This document shows, piece by piece, positions 14,871-29,500 of a stretch of DNA of 64,000 nt. Position 1 is the stretch's first letter. The number at the start of each line of letters is the position of its first letter. This DNA comes from the human T2T-CHM13v2.0 reference genome, Homo sapiens. The stretch lies in assembly GCF_009914755.1 (NCBI RefSeq), contig NC_060927.1. One strand, given 5' to 3'. The notes under the pieces were generated by a model that made no database searches, had not been told where the DNA came from, and saw only the letters and a list, made by a program, of their open reading frames with translations. The position numbers were made by a program, and so were the translations under genes.

Positions 14871-16260
14871 GCTTCAACCTATTTCTTTCATTCTAATTCA
14901 TTTACGAGGCACAAAACTGTCCGTTCTTAAGATTCTAGCATCCTACAGAGATTAGAACAATATATTTTTTTTAAATTTTCTTATCACCTGACGGAAGTCT
15001 CAGAGGAAATGGTGAAACACAACAATCTGAGCTCACTTCACTTCTCTTCAAAATTCTCCTTCTCTCCTCACTTGTGAGTACTCACTGGCCTCCTAATAAG
15101 CGAGTCAGCCCCTGCTTCCTTACCTCACCCCAGAGTAAGCTCCTTCTCTTGAAGCTGCTTGATCTCTAAAGGACACAGAACCTTTTAGTAAACTTTCTTC
15201 CCTCCATCATCCATGAACACCAGAGAGCACAACATGTTTCACAGATTCATCTCTTCTCACTTTTCTCAATCAACCTTTCTGTGCTCCTTATAAATTCTTG
15301 AGTTAAATTGGCTGTGGGAACTGGAAGCTGTGCCAAGGGTCACTGAGCCTGGCTTCTGGTATGAGAAAGTTTCACTTGTATTCAAAATGGATGGTGAGAC
15401 AAAATAAAATTATAAGAATTCACAACAGGCTCCTAGGAGCCTGTCTAGAGTTTGGTTAAGAAGAGAAACCTCATGAGTAGTTAGTCTCCTCCCAAGAACT
15501 GCCTTAACTGGGTATACTCCTATTTAGGTGAGCTACAGAATGCATTTATAAACAGGCTATCTATGAAATTCACATATAAATCAATTATTACCCTGTTCTG
15601 AAGCTTCACTAATTTAGCAATAACCAAATCAGGAAAGTCAAAGTCATGCTAATAAATGATCAAAAATTTCTTTGGTTAATGCAAGCCCTTACAAAGTGTA
15701 AAAGGAAGAGAGGAAATAATTTATCTGATTCAGACTCAGCAACATTAAGATGAGAGTTCTGAATGCAGAGGGCTGGTCAGAACAAAGGTCCACTTTAGGT
15801 AAATCAAGAGAACCCATGACCTGGAGAGCAGCAACACACTGCTGGTAAGAAGAAAGGCATTTCCCATGGAAGAAGCAGCTACTAGGCCTGGCTAACCTTA
15901 TTAGATTTTGAATTTCATGAACCCTAAAGTTGCTCCCAAATCGGTTAAATGCATACATAAATAATAAGAAACTGGAAATGTTGGGCCTTGGTAGGATAAT
16001 CAATAGTTCTCAGATCTGGAGGCAATGTTTTTAGCAACCCAGACACAACAGTTATTTTTAAATTGCTTGGGAACTTTGCCAGAGGTCAGAGATAAACTAA
16101 TAATGTCAAGTAGCACAGTACTGAGATCCATAAACCTCAGCTATGGTGCACTATGGAAATGTCTCCAAGAGGATGGTGGCAGGCTTCACAGCGGACTATT
16201 GGCCTGGTGCCACACAATGGAAAGGAGAGGGGTAGCTGGATCACTAGTGCCCCTATAATG

Positions 16261-17269
16261 AAGTGGTTCTTCATGGGAGGCAATTCTGCCCCTAGAAGAC
16301 CATTGGCAATATCTGAGACATTTTTGGTTGTAACAACTGGGAGAAGGGTGCTAATAATATCTAATAGGTAGTGGCCAGTGATACTGAAACAGGAGAGTTC
16401 CCTGTCCCCCTCACTGGACATAGGACAAGGGTGTGGTTTGCTTCTTTGGTACCCCAAAGGGGTTTGCTCAAACCCTTAGGGGGAGCATGCAGATGGGCAG
16501 GTGCAGAGGTTGTGGGGCGTGTTTTTGGGCTCCAACCCCACAGCAGCTCTAGGGGTGAGTGTTTACAACTCCTGAAGCCCAAGTGGGCATGTGTTACAGC
16601 CTGCCCTTTCAGCTCTGCTGTCTGCAGGCAGCTTGTGTTAATCAGCTCAATTAGACCTTCTGCCTTATCGCAAGGACAGAGGGCTTTATGTATCCTGGGT
16701 TCTTGCCCTAGTGTACCAGAAAAATCAGATCTCACATAGGCTTAGCGGATGAGTGCAAGGTTTTACTGAGTGGTGGAGGTAGCTCTAAATGAGATGAATG
16801 GGGAGCCAGAAGGGGGATGGAGTGGGAAAGTGGTGTTCCCCTGGAGTCGGACTGCCCAGAGACCAGACTCTCCTCCTACCACCCCCAGCTGAATTCCCCT
16901 CAGCGTCCATGTCGTTCTGCCGTTGCTAGTCTGCCAGTGTCTGCTGGTGTCTGTCAGTGTGTTCTTGGGCTTCTCTTGACGTCCAGCCACTATGTCCATG
17001 CCCACTAGGGTCTCAGGTTTTTATGGGATGGGGGCGTGGCAGGCCAAAAGGCAATTTTTGGGGTGTGAAAACAGAAATGCCTGTCCTCATTTAGGTCCAT
17101 GGGCACAGGCCTGAGGGTGGAGCCTTTGCCAGGGACCCCAAACTTCTCTACCTAGCACTTCCCTGCCCTACTTTCATATCAGTACTACTAAACATCCTAC
17201 AAGGAAGCTTCCTCCAACAAAGAGGTAATTCACCCAAAATGTCGATAGTGCCAAAATTGAGACATCCTG
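16261..17269. mobile_element. MER20 split by an LTR (pieces 16261-16384 and 17186-17269)
   Basis: gacatttttggttgtaacaactggg before the LTR and ctaaacatcctaca..cccaaaatgtc.atagtgcc after it are contiguous in MER20. Confidence 0.85.
16385..17181 (-). mobile_element. ERV1 solo LTR (LTR1/LTR27/LTR28 group)
   Basis: TG..CA termini; 4-bp TSD atac/gtac; minus strand reads ggctccaccctcaggcctgtgcccatggaccta..gaggacaggcatttctg. Confidence 0.85.
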
Positions 17270-17608
17270 TCTATTAGTCTGATAAAGACATACCGGAGAC
17301 TGGGAAGAAAAAGAGGTTTAATTGGACTTACAGTTCCACATGGCTGGAGAGGCCTCAGAATCATGGCAGGAGGTGAAAGGCACTTCTTACATGGCAGTGG
17401 CAAGACAAAATGAGAAAGATGCAAAAGCAGAAACTCCTGATAAAACCATCAGACTTCGTGAGACTTATTCACTATCACAAGTACAGTATGGGAGAAACTA
17501 CCCCTATGATTCAAATTATCTCCCACTGAGTTTCTCCCACAACATGTGGGAGTTATGAGAGTACAAGTAAAGATGAGATTTGGGTGGGGACACAGTCAAA
17601 CCATATCA
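17270..17608 (-). mobile_element. THE1C-like solo LTR
   Basis: gagatttgggtggggacacag..aaaccatatca terminus; 5-bp TSD tcctg. Confidence 0.92.
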
Positions 17609-18679
17609 TCCTGCTATAATGCTATTAAGGATGGAAAAGCAACCCAGTAGCCTATCTGCCTAATCTCAGGTAGCAACAACAACAAATAATCTGCCCTAAT
17701 CAAAGCCATCATTTGAGAGACAAAAGATGGACACTTTTAAATGTATTATGATTATAAAGGAAGCAAATGGGTAATAAGTATTTTATATTTCTAGATTTCT
17801 ATTGGTTGATATAATTTTTATTCTAGAGCCTTCCCCCTTTATGCTCTGTGATGTTTTCTCCATTTCCTTTCCTCAAGCCCTCCCTCTCCTCTTCTACCAC
17901 TAACTTATAAGACCACATTAGACATACCTGAGATATTATTTAAAATGCTGTGCAGTATGGAAACCTCAATTGATATCTGAGGATATTCTGAGGTCATTGT
18001 GGCCATTCTAATCATAGACAGCAGATAGCCTGTCTGATGTGGGAATTATTTATCAAGTTTTAAGAAGATACAATCACCTCAAACATAGTTTAAGATATTT
18101 AAGTAAAGAACCTAAAATGAAGGCAGTTTTATAAGATTCGTCTTTAAGTTTACATTTCCTTTTTTTATTTATTCTTTACTTTTTTATTTTTCTCCTTGAA
18201 ATCATAAAATGTATCTTGTATACAAATTATAGGTATATTTGACCCATGTTTTCCAAGCCATGTTATTCTGCAGATTACATCAAGGTGAATAATGAATAAG
18301 GCCATGATAAATGCAAACATTCTATTTTCAGTTTGCTGTTGAGAATGTCGACTCCTCTCAAAATCTCTCCCAATAATTGCATCTTCTAGAGCATTGCACA
18401 CGAGTGCATGTTCACCCTTGTCAACCTCCCAGTATTATCCTGAGTCAAGGGCCTGCCCAGCAAAGCAGCTCTCCTATGACAGAACTGTCACACTGCAGCA
18501 GGCCATTCCTGCCCCTGGCACTACAGTCACTGTGGTGACTTGGGCCTGCGTGTGGCAAGACTGAGTGGGATCTCCTGCAAGAATGTCTTTTTTCCACCTC
18601 AGGGGTATTTTCTATTGTACTATACTAGTTTTTCCCAAATAGCATATATTCATTTATTACCTGTGCCCTCTTCTACAAC

Positions 18680-18775
18680 AACTGACTCAAAGTCTCTGGA
18701 GAAATGGTCAAAACTCTGCATTTTTTTCATGTTTCCCAGCTGATCCTTATGTGCATTAAAGTTTAAGAACATGTG
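18680..18775. mobile_element. MER5A fragment
   Basis: tctgcatttt..tcccagctgatccttatgtgca.taaagtttaagaac. Confidence 0.65.
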
Positions 18776-19404
18776 CTCCAACACCTCACAGGCTTTTTAG
18801 TAAAGTCATTTCCCCATCTATATTTGCAGGACTCTCTCCTTCAGACTCAGTTCTAATAATTATATAGTTGATGATGATTATTACAATAACAACATAACTC
18901 TGAGGCACAGGCATTAGTTATGTTGCTTGAAGTAACATATCTAGTAACTGATGATATAAGGATTAGAACCACTTTTGAGCTAAAGATTGGGCAGGCAGGT
19001 CAACTGAGTAAAAGGATACTAAGCTTTACTCACAACTCTCCTTTATAATGACAGGGCATTGCAACTGGTCCAGACTCCTGTGTCTCCATTAAGTCATGCC
19101 TAATTATGAGACTTCACTCCTGACTCTAAAGAGCTCCCCTTGGTCTTAAACATGTGCCTCACCTTTTCTGTATCCCAGGGTTGCTCATGGCTTAGTTTCA
19201 AGCTGGGATACTCCTATCTTGCTCTATCAGTCTGCACACCAGCCCATATCCACTCTTGTCACACAATACCCCTGACATACACACATACAAATACAGAATA
19301 GATTATCTCACCCATTCAGCCTGCAATGCAAGATATTCTCCTCTTGAGACAGGTCATGCCTCTTACTATTGCTTTTAAGTGCTTCATTACATCAGTAAAT
19401 GAGT

Positions 19405-19635
19405 GCAAGGAAGTAATTAAGAGGATGGTCTCTGAAGTCAGGTTCAAATCCCATTTATCCCTCTATTTGGCTGTGGCCTTGAGATTTAAAATTGTTTCTC
19501 AGTTGCCTTTACTTTAAAATTGGAATAACAGTACATAACTCATTGAATTGTGGTGAAGATTGTTTATTTTTTATGTAATGCAAATAGAACTCTCTATCTT
19601 ATTGAAAGCATCATGTAAGTGCCAGCTATTATAAT
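19405..19635 (+). mobile_element. MIR
   Basis: ggttcaaatccca, ctgtggccttg, taaaattggaataacagtac. Confidence 0.75.
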
Positions 19636-19659
19636 TTAAATTGTAAGCTTTAAATTTCA

Positions 19660-20285
19660 CCAGAAAAAAAATATTTTATATTTTGTACTGTAACCCACAG
19701 AATGAAATATGGTACACAAATACATAGGCATTGTTTTAGTCCATTCTCATGCTGCTAATAAAGACATTCCCGAGGCTGGGTAACTTGTAAAGGAAAGAGG
19801 TTTAATTGATTCAGTTCAGCATAGCTGGGGAAGCCTCAGGAAACTTACAATCATGGTGGAAGGGGAAGCAACATGACCTTCTTCACATGGCTGCAGCAAG
19901 GAAAAGTGTCAAGCAAAAGAGGGAAAAGCCCCCCCAAAAAATCATCAGATTTAATGAGAATTCACTCACCATCACGAGAACAGCATGAGTGAGGGTAACC
20001 TCCGCAATGACTAAATTACCTCCCACCAGGTCCCTCCAGCGACACATGGGGATTATGGGAACAACAATCCAAGATGAGATTTGGGTGGGAACACAGCCAA
20101 GCCATATCAGACATACTCATATCACTGAAGTAAAAGACTCACAAATGTTACCATTATTATATGCAATGTATTCTAGTATTCTTTTATCCACTGTATTTTA
20201 TTTTTTTAAGAACGATAAGTCAAAATTCATGAAATTGATTTTATAGTCCACGATTGGGGTTAACACACAGTTTGAAAAACACTAT
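19660..20285. mobile_element. hAT-Charlie fragment (Charlie4/MER113-like) split by THE1
   Basis: Terminus aaattgatttt..cagtttgaaaaacact. Confidence 0.5.
19732..20109 (-). mobile_element. THE1D-like solo LTR
   Basis: tagtccattctcatgctgctaataaagaca..ccatatca; TSD ggcat/gacat. Confidence 0.92.
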
Positions 20286-20286
20286 A

Positions 20287-20410
20287 CTAGACTGAAACTT
20301 TATGAAGAAAGTTGCCATACCTGTTTTGTTCAACACTGTATCTGTGACTTCCTGGAACAAGGCTTGGCACATAATAGGTGCTTATTTATATGTGTTGGAT
20401 AATTGAGTCA
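20287..20410 (+). mobile_element. L2 3' end
   Basis: ctagactg..tgttttgttca..cttggcacataataggtgct. Confidence 0.65.
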
Positions 20411-20684
20411 TCTTTTATTATCAGTTAGCATAGAAATAAGAATTTACTTTACCTTCTCTGCTGTTGATGTCTGAAACTGTGAAAGAATCTTTTCTACTCA
20501 TTATTTGCTGAAATTCTTAGGAAAAGTCCTAGAAAATCATTAAAAACGTAAGGCATTTTAGAGGCTTATTCCAATAGAATCAGGTCCCAGTGTTAACATG
20601 GCAGACAAAATCTTGTCTGGATCATTAATTTTTTTATTTTCTTGAAGAGATGGCAATTCTTGTCATAATTTTGTTGTTATCCTT

Positions 20685-20727
20685 TGTGTGTGTGTGTGTG
20701 TGTGTATGTGTGCATGTGTGTGTGTGT
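20685..20727 (+). repeat. Imperfect (TG)n at the L1 poly-A tail position
   Basis: Lies between the TSD and the L1 3'UTR. Confidence 0.9.
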
Positions 20728-23700
20728 TTCATTTCCACCTTTGACTTTAAGTTCAGGGGTACATGTTCAGGATGTGCAGGTTTGTTACATAAGTAAACGT
20801 GTGCCATGGTGGTTTGCTGCACAGCTCATACCATTACCAGCATCCACTAGTTCTTCTTTCTGCTCCTCTCCCTCCTCCCAACCCCTGCCCTCTGACAGGC
20901 CCAAGTGTGTGTTCCCCCACCATGTGTCCATGTTTTCTCATCATTTAGCTTCCACTTATAAGTGAGAACATGTGGTATTTGGCTTTCTGTTCCTGTGTTA
21001 GTTTGCTGAGCATAATGGCCTCCAACTCCATCCATGCCCCTGGAATGGATATGATCTCATTGCTGTATATGGCTACATAGTATTCCATGGTGTGTATGTA
21101 CCACATTCTCTTTATCAAGTCTATAATTGATGGTCATTTAGGTTGATTCCATGTCTTTGCTATTGTGAAGAGTGCTGCAATGAACATACGCATGCATGTA
21201 TTTTAATAAAAGAATAGTTATATTTCATTGGGTATATACCCAGTAGTGGGATTGCTGGGTTGAATAGTTTTTCTCTCTCTAGATATCTGAGGAATTGCCA
21301 CACTGTCTTCCACAATGGTTGAACTAATTTACACTCCCACCAACAGTGTATAAATGTTGCTTTTTCTCCACAACTTCATCAGCTTCTGTTAATTTTTGAT
21401 GTTTTAATAATAGCCATTCTAACTGGTGTGAGATGGTATCTCAGTGTGGTTTTGATTTGCATTTCTCTAATGATCAGTGATATTGAGCTTTTCTCCACAT
21501 TTTTATTGGCCCCATGGATGTCTTCTTTTGAGAAGCGTCTGTTCATGTCCTTTGCCCACTTTTTAATAGGGTTATTTGTATTTTTATTATAAATTTAAGT
21601 TTCTTATAGATGCTATATATTAGACCTTTGTCAGATGGATAGATAGCAAAAATTTTCTTCCATTCTGTAGGTTGTCTGTTTCGTCTGTTGCTGGTTTCTT
21701 TTGCTGTGCAAGCTCTGTAGTTTAATTAGATCTCATTTGTCAATTTTGGCTTTTGTTGCAATTGATTTTGGTGTCTTCTACGTGAAATCTTTGCCCAACC
21801 CTATGCCCTGAATGATATTGCCTAGGTTTTCTTCTAGAGTTTTTAAGGTTTTGGTTTTACATTTAAGTCTTTAATCCATCTTGACTTGATTTTTGTATAT
21901 GGTGTAAGGAAGGGGTTCAGTTTCAATTTTCTGCATATGGCTAGCCAGTTCTCCCAACACCATTTATTAAATAGGGAATCCTCTCCCCATTGCTTGTTTT
22001 GTTGAGGTTTATTGAAGATCAAGTGGTTGTAGGCATGTGGTCTCATTTCTGGGTGCTCTACTCTGTTCCATTGGTCTATGTGTCTGTTCTTGTACCAGTA
22101 CCATGCTGTTTTGGTTACTGTAGCTCTGTAAAGTTGGATAGTATGATGCCTCCTGCTCTGTTTTTCTTGCTTAGAATTGTTTTGGCTCTTTAGGTTCTTT
22201 TTGGCTCCATATAAATTTTAAAATATGTTTTTCTAATTCTGTAAAGAATGTCAATGGTAGCTTAATGGAAATAGCATTTAATCTATAAATTACTTTGGGC
22301 AATATGGCCATTTTTACACTATTGATTCTTCCTATCCATGAGCATGGAATGTTTTTTCATTTGTTTGTGTCATCTCTGATTTTTGAGCAGTGGTTGGTGG
22401 TTCTCCTTGAAGAGGTCCTTCACTTCCCTTGTTAGCTGTATTCCTAGGTATTCTATTCTTTTTGTGGCAATTGTGAATGGGAGTTTGTGATTTGGCTCTC
22501 GGCTTGCATGTTTTTGATGTATAAAAATGCTAACAATTTTTGTGCATTCATTTTGTATCCTGAAACTTTGCTGAAGTTGCTTATCACCTTAAGAAGCTTT
22601 GGGGCTGAGACAATGGGGTTTTCTAGATATAGGATCATGTCATCTGTAAACAAAGATAGTCTGAATTCCTCTCTTCCTATTTGAATACCTTTATTTCTTT
22701 CTCTTGTCTGACTGTCCTGGCCAGAACTTCCAATACTATGTTGAATAGGAGTGGTGAGAGGGCATCTTTTCTTGTGCCAGTTTTCAAGGGGAATGCTTCT
22801 AGCTATTTCCATTCAGTATGATATTCATTGTGGGTTTGTCATATATGACTTTTATTCTTTTGAGGTATGTTCCTTCAATACCTAGTTTATTGAGAGTTTC
22901 TAACCTGAAAGAATGTTGAATTTTATTGAAGGCCCTTTTTGCATGTATTTAGGTAATCATGTGGTTTTTGTCTTTAGTTCTGTTTATATGATGAATCATA
23001 TTATTATTTCTTCCTGGTTCAGTCATGGGAAGATGTATTTGTCCAGGAATTTATCTATTTCTTCTATATTTTCTAGTTTATATGCATAGAGGTGTTTATA
23101 ATATTCTCTGATGGTTGTCTGTAGTTCTGTGGGGTGAGTGGTAATATTCCCTTTATGATTTCTGATTGTGTTTATTTGAGTCTTCTCTATTCTTTATTAG
23201 GCTAGCTAGAGGTCTATCTATTGTATTACTTATTTCCAAAAATCACCTCCTGGATTCATTGATCTCTTGAAGGGTTTTTGATGTCTATCTCTTTCAGTTC
23301 AGCTCTGATCTTGGTTATCTCTTGTCTTCTGCTAGTTTTGAAGTTTGTTTGCTCTTGTTTCTGTAGTTGTTTTAGTTGTCTTATTGGATTATTAACTTGA
23401 GATATTTCTAGATTTTTGATGTGGACATTTAGTGCTACAAATTTCCCTCTTAACACTGCTTTAGCTGCATCATAGAGACTGTGGTATGTTGTATCTTTGT
23501 TCTCATCAGTTTTAAAGAACTAGTTGATTTCTGCCTTAATTTCATTATTTACCCAAAAGTCATTCAGAATCAGGTTTTTCAATTTCCATGTAGTTATATG
23601 GTTTTGAGTGCATTTCTTAATCTTGAGCTCTAATTTGATTGTGCGGTGGTCTAAGAGACTGTTTGTTATAGTTTCAGGTATTTTGCATTTGCTGAGGAGT

Positions 23701-24814
23701 GTTTTACTTCTGACTATGTGATCAATTTTTGAGTAAGTGTCATATGGGGATGAGAAGAATGTATATTCTGTTGTTTTGGAATGGAGAGTTCTGTAGATAT
23801 CTCTCAGGTCCTCTTGATCCAAAGTTGAGTTCAAATCCTGAATGTCTCTGTTTATTTTCTGTCTTAATGATTGGTCTAGTATTTTCAGTGAAGTGTTAAA
23901 AGTCTTTCACTGTAATTGTATGGGAGTCTAGGTCTCTTTGAAGGTCTCTAAGAACTTGCTTTATGAATCTGGGTGTTCCTGTATTGAGTGCATATATATT
24001 TAGCACAGTTAGCTCCTCTTGTTGAATTGAACCCTTTACCATTATGCAATACCCTTCTTTGTCTTTTTTTATCTTTATCTTTGTTGGTTTAAAGTAGGTT
24101 TTGTCAGAAACTAGGATTGCAAACCCTTTCTTTTTTCTGTTTTTCCATTTGCTTGGTAAATTTTCATCCATTCCTTTATTTTGAGCCTATATATGTCTTT
24201 GCATGTGAGATGGATCTCTTGAAGACAGCATACCAATGGGTCTCGGTTCTTTATCCAGCTTGCCATTTTGTGTATTTTAATTGGAGCATTTTGCTCATTT
24301 ACATTTAAGGTGAGTATTGTTACAGGTGGATTGGATCCTGTCATCATGATGCTAACTGGTTATTTTGCAGACTTTTTTATGTGGTTGCTTCATAGTGTCA
24401 CCAGTATGAGTAATTCAGTGTGTTTTTGTAGAGGCTAGTAATAGTTTTTCCTTTCCACATTTAGTGCTTCCTTCAGGAGCACTTGTAAGGCATGTCTGGT
24501 GGTAACAAATTCCCTCAGCATTTACTTGTCTAAAAGGTTCTTATTTTTCCTTTGCTTATGAAGCTTAGTTTGACTGCATATGAAATTCTGGGTTGGAATT
24601 TCTTAGCTTTAAGAAATTGAATATTGGCCCCCAAACTTTTCTGGCTTTTAAAGTTTCCATTGAGAGGTCTGAAGTTAGTCTGATGGGCTTCCCTTTTTAG
24701 GTGGCTTGGCCTGTCTCTCTGGCTATCCTTAACATTCTTTCTTTCATTTTGACCTTGGAGAATCTGATGATTATGTGTCTTGGAGATGATCTTCTCATGG
24801 AGTATCTTGCTGGG

Positions 24815-25509
<695 letters not shown>

Positions 25510-28259
25510 CTGGGGTTCTCCACATTTCCTGAATTTGAAAGTTGGCCTATCTAACTAGGTTTGGGAAGTTCTCGTAGATGATATCCTGAAATATGTTTTC
25601 CAAATTGGTTCCATTCTCCTCGTCTCTTTCAGGTACCCCACTCAGTCATAGATTCAGTCTCTTTGCATAGTCCTATATTTCTCAGAGGTTTTGTTCATTC
25701 ATTTTTATTATTTTTTCTCTATTCTTGTCTGTCTGTCTTATTTCAGAAAGACAGACTTCAAGCTCTGAGATACTTTCCTCTGTTTGGTCTATTCTGCTAT
25801 TAATACTTGTGACTGTATTGTGAAGTTCTTGTAGTGTGCTTTTCAGCATATCAGGTTGATTATGTTCCTCTCTATACTTGCTGCTAATATTTTGTCTGTC
25901 ACCTACTGCATTGTTTTATCATGATTGTTAGCTTCCTTGCATTGGGTTACAACATGCTCCTTTAGCTCAGCAAAGTTTGTTTTTATCTACATTCTGAAGC
26001 CTACCCCTGTTATTTCAGCCATCTGAGCCACAGCACAGTTCTAAACCCTTGCGGGAGAGGTGTTGCAGTCATTTGGAGGAAAAGGTGCACTCTGGCTTTT
26101 TGAGTTTTCAGTGTTTTTGCACTGATTCTTTCTCATCTTTGTGGGCTTATCTACCTTCTATCTTTGAGGTTGTTAAACTCTGGGTAGGGTTTTGGTGGAG
26201 TTTTTTCTTACTGTTGTTGTTTGCTTGCTTTTCTTTTAACAGTCTAGCCACTCATCTGTGGGGCTACTGTGGTTTGCTGGGGGTCCACTCCAGACCCTTG
26301 TTGCCTCGGTTTCTTTAGTAATTGGAGGTATCACCAGCAAAGGCTGCAAAACAACAAAGATGGCAGCCTGCCCCTTCCTCTGGGAGCTCCAAGTTAGTCC
26401 CAGGGGGGTCCTAACGTGTTGCTAGCCCACATGCACCTAAAAAGGTGGTGGATAAAGACCCCAGTTGGGAGGTCTCAGCAGTCAGGAAGAATGAGATCAG
26501 GGTTCCTCTTAAAGAAGTAGCCTGGCTGCATGTCGGTAGAGCAGCTAGCTGTGCTATGTTGGGGGATCCTTTCAGCTCCCAATCAGTTTGGGCTCTCCAA
26601 GGCTCACAGGCTGGACCAGCTGAGATGCCCAAACAGCAAAGGTGGCAGCCCTTCCTGCCTCCTGGGTACTATGTTCCAGGGAGATATTAGAACTCTGTTG
26701 GCTATAGAACACAGGCAGGGTGGTCAGAGGTCCCAGCTGGGAGGACTCACCCAGTGAGGTGAAATGGATCAGGGCCCCATTTTAAAAAGCAATCTAGCCA
26801 TACCTCAACAAAATAGCTGAGCCATACTGGAGAACTGCTTGTGTGCTAGTTGGTTGGACTCTCCAAAACCCACCTGCTGGAATGGTCAAGTTGCCCAAAT
26901 AGCAAAGGTGTCAACCAACCCCTTCCCCTGGGCACTTCATCCCAGGGAGAAATCAGAACTCTGTCCACAGAATACAGATGAGGGTGGCTGGAGGCCCCAG
27001 CTTGGAGGTCCTGCCCAGTGAGGAGAAATGTATCTGGGTCCCATTTAAAGAAGGACGCTGTCTACATTTTGGTAAAGCACCTGTGCTGAGCTGAGGGAAC
27101 CCTTCCTTGTCTAGACTGTTTGGACTCTCCAAAGCCCACAGGCTCGAACAGCTGAGTTGTCCAACAGCAAAGGTAGTGGCCCACCCCTTCCCCCCAGGGG
27201 CTCTGTCCCATCTCAGGCAGACTGTACCTTGCTGGATGAAATTCCAAGCCAGTCAGTCTTATCTTCTTGGGTGCCATGGAAGTGGGGCCTGTAAACCTAT
27301 TCTGCTTGGCCCCCTGGATTCAGCCCCCTTCCTAGGGTATGTACAGATCTCCTGCCTTACCTGAGTTGCAGTCACCTTTGCCAGGAATCCTGAGGCTAGA
27401 GTATGTAAACTCCTAGGTCTCTCTGCATGCCTGAGCAGCTGCTCTGCCAAGACTCCACACAGCTCTGTGTGTCAGACCCAAGGCCCTGGTGGAGTGGGCT
27501 CACGAGGTGATCTCCTGATCCAAGGGTTGCAAAGATTCATGAGAGAAGAGTGGTTTCCCAGGGTCACACATTCCCTCACCACTTCTCTTGGCTGGGGTGG
27601 AGGTGGCTTCATATCATTCCCAGGTGGGCCATCACCTTGCCCTGCTTTTCTCTGTTCTCTCCCTTGGGTTGAGTTGTTTCCCTAATCAGTCCCAATGCGA
27701 ATACATGGATGTTTCTGTTGAAGATGTTCTATTTACTCACCCCTTGTGTTCCTCTCTGTGAGTGACACATACCATAGCTGCTTCTACACAGCCATCTTGG
27801 CTCCCTCCCCCACCTTGTTGTTATCCTTAATTCAAGCTTTTCTTTCTATATAAATCATTACATTTGGTATTGTAGACATTTTTGTTATCGGTACTTGAAC
27901 ATTTCTCTAATGATGACTAAAGAGGATAAGAATTCCCATTCTCATAGATTTTTAACATACTTAAAATTTTACCTATCAGTTCAATGTAGCTCAGTTAAAT
28001 TTTTTAGTTTCACTGAGAGCTATATCTATATAGCAAGTAAATTTAGAGAGATATAGCTAATGAAAAAAATGCTAATTTTTCTTTTGTTGTTCTTTCAGGA
28101 ATTTCCAGTTTCCTGCCCCATGCACACACTATAAAGCATAAAATAAATGTAAAAGATAGTAGGAAAGCTTCATAGTGTTTATAATTTTATAATGCAAAAC
28201 TACCTGAACTACTATCATACTTTGTAGTGATATTTGTGTTTAAAAGTAGTGGCATCAAA

Positions 28260-28465
28260 GAGGCAACATTGTATAATAGAATGCAAAAAAAATAAAGAAA
28301 CAAAAATTTATTTCCACGGGTATTGGAATCAGGCAGATCAAGGTTCAAATCTTGTCCACCATTTTCTAGTCAGATTTCTAATCTGCAACATGGGACTAAG
28401 ATGTGTGTGTCTACATCACAGGGTAGATGTGAGGATTCAATAGGCTAATATATGTAAAGAAACTA
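28260..28465 (+). mobile_element. MIR
   Basis: ggttcaaatctt, atctgcaacatggga, gtgaggattcaa. Confidence 0.7.
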
Positions 28466-28629
28466 CTATAGAAAACAGCAATTGTTTACTGTAAAAGTGA
28501 ACTCCTCCCTCTGCAAGTGGGTGTACCTGGCCTATAGGTCTTATGATCTGGCTTAGGGATCAGCTCACTTGAAAGTCACTTGTTTATGAGGTTGAACCTC
28601 AGTTCTAAAAATAATGGTGCAGTTTTGAC

Positions 28630-29500
28630 ATTCAGTTGAATTCAATAAACATGTAGTAAGTGTCTCTTGTATACAAAGTACTGTGGTTAGTTGTTATGGA
28701 AATGGAGAAAATACATAATATGAATGAAAATTGTTTTCTGCCCTGAAGAGCTTCAAATTTACTGGGAAAAGAGGGATATATTAATTTGCAAACACAATAA
28801 ATACAAATAGTACAACAGAGAAGTAATTAAATCTAATTAAATCTAATGTGGGGTTGGGGGAACAGTCTATAAAAGCTAGCAAAAAGATAGTATTTGAACT
28901 ATGGTTGAAGGATTAGCATGGTTTTTTTAGGTTGAGATAGTAGCAAGGGATTTCTGGTCTAAAGCTGTGTTAGGACACTTTTGCATTGCTACAAATAAAT
29001 ATCTGAGGCTGGGTAATTTATAAAGAAAAGAGGTTAAATTGGCTCATGGTTCTGCAAACTGTATAGGAAGCATGCTCAGCTTCTGAGGAGGCCTCAGGGA
29101 GATTTTACTCATGGACAAAGGCAAAGTGGGAACAGACAGTTCACATGGTGAGAGCAGGGGCAAGAGAGAGAGTAGGAAGGTGCCACACAATTTTAAACAA
29201 ACATATTCCATGAGGACTCACTCACTGTCACAAGGCTAGCACCAAGCTATGGGGAATCCAATCCATGACTCAAACACTCCCCACCAGGCCTCATTTCTAA
29301 CACCAGGGACCATATTTCAACAGGAGATTTGGATGGGACAAATATCCAAACCATATCAAAAGCAATAGCATGAGCAAACCCTGGTAAACCAACTAAGTGG
29401 TGATAATCTGGGCAAGAAAGGATGATAGTCTGGACAAGGATAATGGCAATGGAAATGAGAATGAGAAAGGGAGTGTGGGGAATAGTTTCAGAGTTTAAAC
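28630..29500 (-). mobile_element. L2 fragments interrupted by an MST LTR
   Basis: ttcaataaacat, ctgccctgaagagct, gcatgagcaaa. Confidence 0.55.
28966..29358 (-). mobile_element. MSTB-like solo LTR
   Basis: ttgcattgct..gggtaatttataaagaaaagagg..atccaaaccatatca; TSD aaagc. Confidence 0.9.

Noticed and set aside
16137-17008. Cluster of overlapping 60-124 aa ORFs
   Set aside because: Mostly within a GC-richer LTR and MER20 where stops are sparse
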